A stretch of 63,809 nt of DNA, filler included, from Octopus bimaculoides (taxonomy: Eukaryota), in NCBI RefSeq assembly GCF_001194135.2. It is 6 parts of 5 records of this genome, joined end to end, with 100 filler letters (N's around TTAATTAATTAA, not from the genome) between each part and the next. Parts side by side here need not be neighbours in the genome. Positions count along the whole stretch, not along the records: positions 35,516 to 59,049 come from NC_068982.1; positions 59,150 to 61,517 come from NC_068995.1; positions 61,618 to 63,809 come from NC_068992.1; 3 more parts are not named here. One strand, written 5' to 3'. A model generated the notes under the pieces. That model did not search any database. It was not told where the DNA came from and was given only the letters and a program-made list of their open reading frames with translations. The translations under genes and the position numbers were made by a program. Positions 51,130 to 63,809 of the stretch are shown one piece after another; positions within the stretch are counted from its first letter, which is position 1; each line of letters starts with the position of its first letter.

Positions 51130-53170
51130 CCCTGGGCTTAAAGAACGAAAATGGCACCAAAGTGGAAGAACAAAGAATTGAATATTCTGTTGCGAGCATG
51201 GACGTTTGCTAGCGGCGATCCACCAAAAAACATCACTGCTGTACTGAAGAACAATGGCTTCTGTAGAACCATTGAGCCGAATGAGCGGAAGAAAAATGAA
51301 TTCATCCGATCCTATGCCCTTATTAGACTACACAATGGCACTCTTAATGTCATCATGAAAAACTAATGTGGTAAGGCTGATAAGGATAGGGAAAATGAAG
51401 CAAGACCTAGAAGTCTCTTTGATCCAGGGGTTCCTAAACAGAATGGATACCCCAGCCCTGTGAACAACCAGGGTGATAAGGATAGGGAATACTAAGGAAG
51501 CAACAACAAGAAGTCCCGCTTTGCCAATGGTCCTACAAAGGAACGGAGTCCTCAGACCATTAGACAACCAGAGGAATGCATGTGCTACCACCAGAAAAGG
51601 AAAGAACACATGCACATACATAAAGCGGGAAGTGGGGGAAAAGAAAAAGGAAAATATGAAATAAATAAAACTGAAACCCCAAACTACAAAACAAAAAAAA
51701 GAAAACTCAAATATGGAGGCTCCAATGGAATCTGAAACCCTAGACGAGAGAAGAAATTTGAAGTGAACTTAAGAACCTGCAAATTTTAACTGTAAGGCAA
51801 ATGTTAGCATGGGGAAGACGGTACAATCTACCGGTTTGTTTATCCAAGATCCCGCCAAAGCTACAGGGGCCTTAAGGAGAAATAGTTCCCTGAGGTAAAG
51901 CACCAGTCGGCTCCAAAAAAAAAGGCATACAAATGCAGTCCACTCTTCAGAAATTATGCACAAGGCAGCAACTGGGTAAGAATCATTCTTGTGCATGGCG
52001 CAAAAGATTGCGCAGCAGTTGACCTGGCTATAACAAGCGGACACAAGGAACCTTGCCTGCTACTGCGCAAGACCATCACAATCAACAGACACGAGATGGC
52101 CTCCTGTAACGCCTGCACAGTCGTCATGCCAATATTTTTTTACTAAATATTGGAGGTCTGTTAGATCACAAGAACAAAAGCAATTTGTTTCCTGAGAGAC
52201 TTTGCTGCATACAATCAAGCCCCCTGCATAACACTCGTGTAAACGCATCTAAGCCCTGATATAGAGGATGCAGATATACACGTACCAAAATATACCATAC
52301 TGCGAACAGACAGAAGGGAAAGGAGCCATGGTGGAGTTGCTGTGTACATCTGTGAAGACCTCACATCCCAGGTCTTACTGTCATACTCAAATTCAGCATG
52401 TGACACATTAATTGTATACATAAGACAACGATATACAGTCATATGCAATGCATATCACCCACCGGATGCTCCAAACCACAGACACAAGTTTGAAGATTGC
52501 TTCACAAAAACTAAAGAAATGCGCATGAAACTGGAAAATCACGTGAGCGTATTACATACGGGTACTATCAACAACCCCAATGTCAAATGGCGTGAAGGCC
52601 TCATGCTCTCAGGAATGAGTCATTGCAAAGAAGCACAGGTGGGGTCCCTGCTCAATATCACCGATGTCCTATTCAGGGAGCAAGTTGTACTCAGACCAAC
52701 TAGGGCGAATAAGATTTTGGATCTCTGCTTCACAAACAATAACGACATCGTTCATGATATGAACATGACGGATTACAACATAATAGATTCCTCTAAGTTT
52801 GAACGAAAAGTTTCCAGAGACATACAACCTGAAGGAAGTACTCTAAATCTCTCCAATGTGAACTTCCACAAAGCAGACCATAAACTAACCTGAACTTCCA
52901 CAAACAGAACTTGTCCCAGAGAACAAGACCAACACTAAAAGGAACAAGATTACAAGGGAGAAGTACATCCTCATGAGACGACGGACGAAGGCTGCAAATC
53001 GCTTCAACCAACATCCCAAAAGTAGTGAAAGGTACCGCGTAAAAACAACACTGATGAAGTTTGAAAAAAGCCTGCCACAATCCAATGTGAGGGAGAGAGC
53101 AGACAAAGAAGCCTGGGTTATGAAGAACATTAAGTTTAATCCAAAGGCCTTCTTTCAATATGCCAGACAC
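51130..53170 (+). mobile_element. CR1/L2-group LINE, ORF1 and endonuclease half, lacking RT
   Basis: ORF1 relic with CCCH-like TCKF.L.GKC.HG; APE motifs *THL, Y.ILR.DR...GGVAVYI, YHPP, N.PNVKW, PTR...ILDLCFTN; then IKFNPKAFFQYA; homology ends there. Confidence 0.75.
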
Positions 53171-54059
53171 AGCCTCAGTTTGCAGCTAAATACAACCCCA
53201 TTTCCAAAAGGATGGCTTCCTCACAGTTAATCCAACCAGGATTTTAGCGTTATATCGTCCTATATGGTGTGTTATTATTATGGGGGTATATATTGCATGG
53301 AATTTGTGGAGAATAAAACATCAGTGTTATGCAAAATGCATTGCACAAAATTAACCACGAACCATTTATTTGAATAAGCATCAGTTTGCATGTAAATCAA
53401 ACAAAAATGTCAATCGCTTCCTCTGTTTCAGAAAATAAGTAAATTTCAGAAAATATTCCATCGTAATTTTCACTCACATTCTTAATTCGACCTTCCTTTC
53501 TCCAATAGATAATATATAAGCTTTTTCACAAATTGTATTTTGTTTTTCGACCATCACTCCCTAAATAGTACCTCATTTCGAGGCTTAAAAGCAGTGATAT
53601 ATAACATAAAATTTCAATGCATTGATGACAACGTCCTAATGTGTACTGCGGGATATTTTTTCAGGCTGAAAATAATTTTCACATGTCATTTACTACCTAT
53701 GACTGTCACTAAGATGACTATGATTGGTTAATTCTTTTATATCCTTTATTTTTATCTTAAGTTTTATCTGCCTAATAAGCAGTTGATTGCAACTAATACG
53801 GTTTTATAGTGTCTACCCCTGTCTATAGGATGATATGAGACTTACTAAGTCGTGATATGAAAAGTCTTAGCTATGAAAGAAAGGTCTACAGATAATATTT
53901 GCATTGCAATTTAATTCATTCAATCAAACAATCAAATTTCTAATCATCAAAAAATTATCTCTCATGCCAATTCTATTACTGAAACATCAGTAAAACCATA
54001 TAGAGATATATGTGCTTTTATTGCTCCCGATGCTTCACCCATATCGTAGATCTCATAAC

Positions 54060-54111
54060 CTGGACTGATCCCTCTACAACATTCATATACTATGGAGCTA
54101 TGGTATTGCAC
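54060..54111 (-). CDS. Candidate exon 1 of the chain (VQYHSSIVYECCRGISP)
   Basis: Strong acceptor ttttattttgatttcaacag; donor CAG|GTTATG (alternative at 54039, same phase); only one frame open; phase 0 to 1. Confidence 0.55.
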
Positions 54112-54252
54112 CTGTTGAAATCAAAATAAAAAATGCTAATCTTCAGTAAATTTCCGCCGTGAACCGCTTAAGAGGGTGGCATCAATCAGATAAATCGAAT
54201 TATTTATGAAAATTAAGTCAAATAATCATTTAATGTATTTATCATATCCATA

Positions 54253-54417
54253 GGCGCAGGAGTGGCTGTGTGGTAAGAAGCTTGCTTACTAACCATATGG
54301 TTCCGGGTTCAGTCCCACTGCGTGACACCTTGGGCAAGTGTCTTCTACTATAGCCTCGGGCAAACCAAAGCCTTGTGAGTGGAGTTGGTAGACGGAAACT
54401 GAAAGTAGCCCGTCGTA

Positions 54418-54483
<66 letters not shown>

Positions 54484-54702
54484 GGTGTGTGTGTGTGTGT
54501 TTGTGTCTGTGTTTCTCCCCCCACCATCGCTTGACAACCGATGCTGGTGTGATTATTTCCACGTAACATAGCGGTTCAGTAAAAAGAGGTTGATAGAATA
54601 AATACTAGGCTTACAAAGAATTAGTCCTGGGGTCGATTTTCTCGACTAAAGGCGGTGCTCCAGCATGGCCGCAGTCAAATGTCTCAAACAAGTAAAAGAG
54701 TA
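54253..54702 (+). mobile_element. SINE family A, best-preserved bipartite copy
   Basis: A-box-like gtggctgtgtggt (from 54262), B box gggttcagtccc (54305-54316), cttgggcaagtg core, (TA)(TG) spacer, 3' module, agtaaaagag tail. Confidence 0.92.
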
Positions 54703-55719
54703 ATGGTCAATTCAATGAATGGGGAGTTTATGACCGTCTTTCCTTATATACCAAACAATATTCTTATGCCACCTATTCTTATCTGTCATAACGGGCAAAT
54801 AATTAACATATACATCGATAACACCAATTCTCCACTGCTAAATTAATGCCTCTGTTATAATAATATATTACTAGATGTGATTTTTGTGTTGCGTTTCCCT
54901 AATGAACAAAGTAGACTGTTGTTTTTTTCCTCGTGTGACATTATTGTACATACTATGATGCATGCTTCAAATAGGAATTGATCAATTACGTGGAGCGAAA
55001 TGTTAATTGGATTTCTATTTTACAACAATTAATATTAATATTTCGTTAAAGGTGTCTCACATTCCCCTATTCAAATATTTGTTAAAGCCTTTGGGTTAGA
55101 GTTCCCTTTCATTGTAGGCTTCCTTTAAAACAGGCATGTATTAAACGACCGTTTTTTTTTTCCGAATGATCATTAAAATTAATTAAAACCTGCAGATCAT
55201 GTGCTAAAAAATCAAATGAAAATACCAGATGCTACAATTTGAAATTTATTATTTTTGGATTTAATATGTGAAAGTCACAATAAATTTGAAATAAAAGGAC
55301 AAAACATACTTCACGGTTCGACTTTGTGCACAGGTAAAGAACAATCGAACAGGAAATATATAACAAAAGAAATAATTAACTTATCATTGATATAACATAG
55401 GTAATTTCAAATGACACGATTCATATATGTAATTTACATGAAAATCCAGAGATAAGTGGGGCTGAGTATAATTGATTCAGAACGAAATTCATAATTAGAA
55501 GCTTCAACGCTATAAAGATATGTGGTCGTTACATCCATAAGCAATATTAAATTATGAAGATGACTGCAAGAGTAACTTGTTCATGTACAATATATACTTG
55601 CGTTGGTGGCAACGTCATTTGTATAGTGATAGAAAATCATTTAGTTAATTAATTCTGGCCAAGAAATTAAGAGGTGGTATGCACACACACACGCGTGCGC
55701 GTACACACACATCATATAT

Positions 55720-55756
<37 letters not shown>

Positions 55757-55865
55757 TGTATGTATGTATGTACGTACGTATCTATCTATCTATCTATCTA
55801 TCTGCCTGTCTGTCTGTCTGTCTGTCTCTCTGTCTCTCTCTCTGNNNNNNNNNNCTGTCTCTCCC

Positions 55866-55972
<107 letters not shown>

Positions 55973-58900
55973 TCACATATAGATATATGCAGTGTGTGTG
56001 CAGTGGTGGGGTGTATGAATGAGTAAGGATAATTTAGAAATGAAATGAAGATAAACTGCAGATATCATATCATCTTTAGTAGGTGCCGTGACAACTCCGA
56101 ACACATTTCGATCTCTTCAGCATATCATAATTTACCGCTAATTACTTAATCATAGATAATTCAAATACCTGAAGACTCAGGGCGATTAAAATCTAGTAAA
56201 TTGATTTTAAATAATAGCTGCAGATGTTTACTGATGACACATTCTCTGTCATTCATAACTAGTTATGTAGACGTTAACTGCGCAAAATAAATTAAACTCT
56301 TAATTAGCAGTGGAAATTATTCTAGCGGCCTATAAGTGATTTAGTTAATAGAAAGCATTTTCAAAATACCGGATACATTTCTTTTGTTTTACACCAAATA
56401 AAGGGTATACAATTTTAGCAATATTTGCTATTCATTCTGCTGATTGAGATATGAGTAGCATGATCAAATAAATTTTAGGACTGAGTGATGAAATATTTAA
56501 TGAAACTTAAACATACTTAATATAGTTGGTTCGTAAATATTCTATCTGAATTATAATTATACGACATAGGAAGGGCGTTCGTACGCATTTCCATCAAAAA
56601 TCTAATTCATAAAGATTACGATCTTTACAAAATCTTTATGACTGCTAATCAACTAAGAATCTGGCAAGTATTTGTAAGTACTATATTACCTACAATCCAC
56701 AACCCATGTGCCCGACATGTGAAGTATGTAATAGAGGGTGAGTTGTCACTAGCTAGCAGAACGACGGATGATGTCGCTAGATGTTGATTTACATTTTAGC
56801 AGAAAGCCAGCAAATTCCCAGTTGAAAATACTGTTCAACTGATGCTTAGTTTTCCGACACCAAAAGGATGAAAAGCAAAGTCGGCCTCCGTAGAATATGA
56901 CAGACGAACTAACACTATAGTAATTTGATGGATGATCTAACGACTCTGTCAGCTTTGTGCTGTTCTAAATAGTCCTCGATTAAAAAGACATTTTAATGAT
57001 TATTTTAAATTCTGATTATTGTGTGTCAGTACGTATGTTGTAGATGCGTTTGCGCGTAAGCAGGTTGATGTGTTGTGGTAAAAGAACATATCTATACGCG
57101 TACAGACGCATAAATACACATATAATTTCTCTAAACATAAAATTTTGAGAAAAAATATTCTGTCAAAACAAGGATTATATCGTGAAATAAAATGTAAATG
57201 TAGGGGAAACTTAAGCGTTAGTGAACTAGAAAACATTTCAATGGAAGGGAAGACGAATATATTGGAATTAAAAACAAATATCGATCATTTATGTTAATGT
57301 ACTTTTATTATACATTTTTCCATTGAACATTTATCCATTAACTTAAATCGTGAAGTTCCACAAGCAATCAATTAAAATTAAAAAAACAGAAATTTTAATA
57401 ATAGACTACAATGAATTTGTTGGCCTTTTGCTAAAGTTTGAATCAATGTTTAGGATAACGTCCGTCGTTTTGGTCTACGTAATTTTTTTCTGCTAACTAC
57501 TGCTAACTCATCTTCTATAACATACACGTAGCGTGCACAAAACATATGGATCGTACGAAGTATAATACTTATGAATAATAATTGCCACACATTTAGTTGA
57601 TTATTGGTCATAGAGATTTGATAAATATTGTAATCCTTATGCATTAGATTTTTGAGGGAAACACGTAAGGACGTCCTTCATATGTCGTATAATTATGATT
57701 TAAATATTTATGCACAAACTAATTTAGTAAGTTAAAGTGTCATTAAACTTGGATGTAGGATGTAAAAGGAATAATGTTGTTGGGGAGAGAATTATAAACG
57801 GTAATGATAAAAGACCAACTGCATATAACAAAGTAAGAATGCATTTGAATATCACTTCTGATTTTTATGCATCATCAGTAGGTCCGTCAGAGGAATGTTT
57901 AATGAATTCACTAAGTAAATGAATACATGTTTGTGCGCAAATGGAGTAATATTGGACGATTTTCAAATAACTAAGGTAATGTAATTTTACTTGTCGTAGG
58001 CGTAATACAAATGATTATGCTATTTAAATTTAATTTATTCCTGGGATATTAAGTAACTACCATGAACAGTTTTAGTTCTCCATTAATGATGTGTTTTATG
58101 CGATGAATACTACTTCAATGTATTTACGAAAATCACAAAAAAAGGACACTTCAGATAGTTGATTCTCTGGCGTCGAATTATTTGATATAGCCTTTTCAGT
58201 GAGATTGTATGGATACTGGCAGTAGACATGCTGATATATGAAGAATAGTTATGAATGAAATGATCCGATTATACTGCATCGTTCATTCTCAAGAGTAAAA
58301 ATAAAAATAAGAGAGAGGAAAGTTTCAATAAATACTTCATAGAACTCAAAGTATAGATATAGGAAGACTACGTAAATGTTAAGTTTATATTTATGGTAAC
58401 ATTTATTATATCTATAGTTAGATATTTACCCGACAAAGCGCGTATGTAACCCATATATTAACATTTTCCCCGTAAAGCTAAATGTCTAGTTACTAACGAA
58501 AGCGTTTGGAGAATATCGTACGAAAGACAACTAAAGAACTTAGACACGGAAACATGAATAAATATTGACACAGCACAAAATATCCAATGAGATAAGTAGT
58601 ATCATTTTTTACGCTTCCTCAAGATGTTCATATCCAATACTGATTACTTTCAATACAGGACTTTGGTGCTGCACTTTCGGTATATTCAAGTGTTTAACAA
58701 TGTGCATTATCGCCAGAATCTATATTAAATATAGTCCATACATTCAACGAGACTCATCACCATATATCATGGAGGACTTCGATTAAAATAACTACATATC
58801 AAGCGAGAGGAAGAATATTTACGGTGTGTGTGTTGAAATAGGTAATACGTAAAAACCTACTCAAATGCTTTCATCAAAGATTTATAATCGCATGATTAGC

Positions 58901-60597
58901 AACTCTGGTTGCTATATACGGGCCAGGTATAATGGTAGTCATTATTACAGAATTCTACCATATCCGATATGGGATGGAGTGTATTGGATGCATTGACCAA
59001 TAAACATTATTCAGTTATTATTATTTGCTTTGTGTTTTATGTATAAGCTNNNNNNNNNNNNNNNNNNNNNNNNNNNNNNNNNNNNNNNNNNNNTTAATTA
59101 ATTAANNNNNNNNNNNNNNNNNNNNNNNNNNNNNNNNNNNNNNNNNNNNATATATATATATATATATACAACGACAACAAGTATGTATCTATATATATGT
59201 GTCCGTGTGTGTGTGTATGCCTATTTACATACTTGTCTATGCATGTATATGTATGTGTATGTATGTATGTATGTATCTCCACTCCAAATTCGTCTTGTTT
59301 CATGCTAGAGAAAAAGTTACTTCTATTACTTTTCTGATTTTGTTCTATTTCTCTTGTTTATGGAACGAATACAAAAAGTACGAAAATCAATCATAAAAAA
59401 AAATAGTAAGACATTATTGGAATATAAGATTGTGAGGTAAAGGAAAATAAACTAGTCTGCATGAAAATAATAGCGATTCTACGTGAATAGATAGAAGATC
59501 CGCTCGTGTAAGCAAGTCTGCTCAGGGACGATTTTAGTCAGCAAGAAAATACTTAGTTACTGAGTTATTGCCCTTCTTTCTCCCACTCTTCTTATCTCTT
59601 TCTGTCTGTCTTATCTTAAGCTTATGTTTCCACATATTTTTTGTTTGTTTGGTTTGTCTTTCGTCTACAAATGGAAAAAAAAACAGTACTCAGTATATGT
59701 AATAGAATTTTTAATTTTATGTGGTTTATTTTGAAACACCTGTTGATTGACTTCGTGGCTCGTCAATTTGTGTATCTGCGGAATGTAGCTCCTCTCTGTA
59801 GCTGCTTAGTAAAGTATCCTCGATATTCTCACACACACACACACCTACACATATGTATAGATGCACACACAAGATATATGTGTGTTATGCGTATGCACAC
59901 GCACATGTATATATATGTATATATATGTATGTATATGTATATATATGCATGTATGTATGTATGTATGTATGTATGTATGTATGTATGTATACCACAGAAC
60001 TTACGAAAGCTAGACACGGAAATCAGAGCAATGTCCAAACCCAATTAGGTTACCTACGAAGTAAACCAAACAATACCAAATAACCGACGCTCTCCGGCCC
60101 CAACCACTTTCCAAGGATGTATACATTTATCTATGTATGTATATATACATATATTATGCTTATCTATATGGAAGTATGTGTATATATATATATATATATA
60201 TNNNNNNNNNNNNNNNNNNNNNNNNNNNNNNNNNNNNNNNNNNNNNNNNNNNNNNNNNNNNNNNNNNNNNNNNNNNNNNNNNNNNNNNNNNNNNNNNNNN
60301 NNNNNNNNNNNNNNNNNNNNNNNNNNNNNNNNNNNNNNNNNNNNNNNNNNNNNNNNNNNNNNNNNNNNNNNNNNNNNNNNNNNNNNNNNNNNNNNNNNNN
60401 NNNNNNNNNNNNNNNNNNNNNNNNNNNNNNNNNNNNNNNNNNNNNNNNNNNNNNNNNNNNNNNNNNNNNNNNNNNNNNNNNNNNNNNNNNNNNNNNNNNN
60501 NNNNNNNNNNNNNNNNNNNNNNNNNNNNNNNNNNNNNNNNNNNNNNNNNNNNNNNNNNNNNNNNNNNNNNNNNNNNNNNNNNNNNNNNNNNNNCTCG

Positions 60598-60720
60598 CAC
60601 TTATTCTATCGGATTTCATTTGCCGAACCGCTACTTTACGTGAACTTAAACACACCAGCATCGGTTTTCAAGCGTTGGTGGGAGGACAAACACAGACACA
60701 AAAATACGTACATACACACA
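60598..60720 (-). mobile_element. SINE family A 3' module fragment
   Basis: cttattctatcgg...tttgccgaaccgcta...acaccagcatcggttttcaagcg. Confidence 0.75.
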
Positions 60721-60729
60721 CACATACAC

Positions 60730-60806
60730 AACTGGACGTCCTCTTCAATCTTCATCTTCAAGGCTGAAATCTCCATCCACATCTGAATTTTGCAAACCAT
60801 CTTCTG
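60730..60806 (-). mobile_element. Isolated internal mariner fragment
   Basis: Nearly identical to 15920-15993 (aactggacgtcct...ttcatcttcaaggctgaaatctcca...tctgaattttgcaaaccatcttctg). Confidence 0.85.
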
Positions 60807-61219
60807 AACTTAGATAAACTTAGATACGTTTTGACCAAAGATTGGTCCAGGGCATGTCCAACACTGCTTGACAACCGATGCTGGTGTGATAACGTCCCTG
60901 TAACTCTGGGATGCTTGGTGAACGTTTGCTATTTCTTACGAAAAGGTTCTCCGTAACAATGACGTCACCGTCGTCACTCCAAGCGGTATTTTCTAGTTTT
61001 GTAGTTGTACCCACACTCATTTTTAATGCTTAGCAGCAAAATATAACAACAGTTAAATACTTTTGAGCAGGTCTATGAAATTACTTGCTGAATATGTGCC
61101 CCTGGATATTGAACCGTTCGTAACTTGTGATTTCGTTGTTTTATGTTGATTTTCATTAGTATTGTAATTTTGGAAAGGGTCATATTGTTAAGAGGCTTCT
61201 ACAGTAAGGAAGATTCCGC

Positions 61220-61253
<34 letters not shown>

Positions 61254-61382
61254 CTTAGATAGATAAAAACATACATACGTCATAAATACGCACTCGCGAA
61301 AATACATACATACATATCATACATATGCATAGATATAGTTATTTATATATGTATATATATATATATACATATATACATACGC

Positions 61383-61413
<31 letters not shown>

Positions 61414-61617
61414 AACATATATACATATATATTTAGATATATACTATATATATATACAGATAAGTCCATATATATATGTAGGTGTATATATGCATGTATA
61501 TATATGTATACATATATNNNNNNNNNNNNNNNNNNNNNNNNNNNNNNNNNNNNNNNNNNNNTTAATTAATTAANNNNNNNNNNNNNNNNNNNNNNNNNNN
61601 NNNNNNNNNNNNNNNNN

Positions 61618-61668
<51 letters not shown>

Positions 61669-62016
61669 TATATAGATAGATAGATCGATGTGTGTGTGTA
61701 CGTGTGTTTGACAATATGATGTGGAATTGGTTGGTTTGTTAGTTTATTAGCGCGTGTCTATGCAAGCTTGTATGTATGGGTACAGAAGCGCCTTCGAAAA
61801 TTATTTGTACACACACACACACATACACACGCAGACACACATACACACAGACATGCACGCACACGCACGCATTTACCGAAAAAGTTACTTTTTATTATCA
61901 AAGGTAAAGTGATCAAACGGTTTTTAAGTCTTCTGAAAGTCGTCAGCTGGTTATTGTTATTTCAAAGACAACGTCCGAGAGTGTTCACAATATGCAGGTG
62001 TCGCTGCATATATGCC

Positions 62017-62585
<569 letters not shown>

Positions 62586-63380
62586 ATACAAAAAGAGTAT
62601 TTTCTTTTTTAATAGCGAACTGGGTAAAAATAGTCCTGGACTTGTATAGAAGTTGCCAGAATCTGTCGATTACCTCAGGTATATTCATCCACAAACGGAG
62701 CAAGGCCTCTTGTAACATAAACGGTATTATACTCCCGAAAATTCCCTTACTAATCCGGCGAATATCGGATTCGATCAGTTTTAATCTGACGTATACCTGG
62801 ATTTCTGTAGAAGTTCGATTTGTGGTCTGTTTAGTGTGAGAAGTTGGGCCCATGTGGATTTAAGGGTTCCGTCTGGCCTTGTTTGCCAAATTTTGAGGTA
62901 ATTTGTCGCCCTACTTAATAAAATATCAATATGCGTCCTGTTTGGTGTTTTCCATTAGTACCTGGATGACAGGCAGCTTAAATGAGCTGTTTATACCTGT
63001 TTTATATGTATGTATGTTTGTATGTATGTATTTATGTATATATGTATGTATGTGCGAGGGAGTGCGTGTGGTGTGGACGTGTGTGTTATACATTATATAA
63101 AATATATATGATGTACAGCTATTTAGATAGATTGATGGAGAAATAGGTAGCAAATAGATAAATCGTTAATGGATAAATAAATACATACATATACAGACAG
63201 AAAGATAAAGCGATAGACAGACTATACATACATACATAAATACATACATACATACATATATAATTATTATTAATTAATTATTATTAAAATTATTTAATAA
63301 CTTTAATAATTATTACCCATGAGTTTTTTATTCCCATGCTGGCCACTTGATATGATCGGTATTTTAAATAACGATCTCAT

Positions 63381-63420
<40 letters not shown>

Positions 63421-63518
63421 GCATACGTACATAGATACAAAAACACACACACATATGTGGGGAAAGCTAATTATACGTTCTCTCAAGCAGAACTCAATAC
63501 GGATAGTAGAATTTAATC

Positions 63519-63550
<32 letters not shown>

Positions 63551-63763
63551 TTACACTCACATATAGTCACATACATACAAACATCCAAAACATACACACA
63601 TATATACTTACGCGTGTCTCACGCAAAATAGCTGTAATATGCACACCCTGCTGATGGTGGTAATGGTGGTGGCGGAGCCGGTGGTGGTGATGGGGGGGGA
63701 GTAAAAAGATGATGGTAAATGGATGGTTTCAAATGGTGGTGGTTGTGCTATTGCTATTCATAA

Positions 63764-63764
<1 letters not shown>

Positions 63765-63809
<45 letters not shown>
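63765..63809. repeat. (TAG)n microsatellite at window end
   Basis: Directly visible. Confidence 0.95.

Noticed and set aside
56095-56125. CTGAAGA-GATC-GAAA (minus); similar partial motifs at about 6750-6770 and 43580
   Set aside because: No loop or stem I, or half the core is missing; expected by chance.

Overview
AT-rich, gap-ridden animal genomic scaffold, not prokaryotic. The microsatellite load and repeat families look like an octopus/coleoid cephalopod draft assembly (inference from memory, not a database match). I found no CRISPR, rRNA or intact tRNA gene, and almost every ORF in the supplied track is a microsatellite or N-gap artefact. The window is a graveyard of decayed mobile elements: five Penelope-like (PLE) fragments, R4/Dong-type RLE LINE pieces in (TAA)n tracts, an RTE LINE, a CR1/L2-type LINE 5' half, two mariners plus a mini-mariner, a hAT fossil, two Helitron helicase relics, and many copies of four SINE-like families. 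Seven short minus-strand exons (54111 to 4339) chain in phase into an unidentified peptide of about 150 aa, so the repeats probably lie in the introns of one large gene. Top lead: two independent PLE 3' ends carry the same cassette of tRNA-like Pol III promoter, (AAT)n tract and minimal hammerhead ribozyme. Further hammerhead motifs occur nearby, including an intact-looking core variant 35 nt inside a putative host intron.
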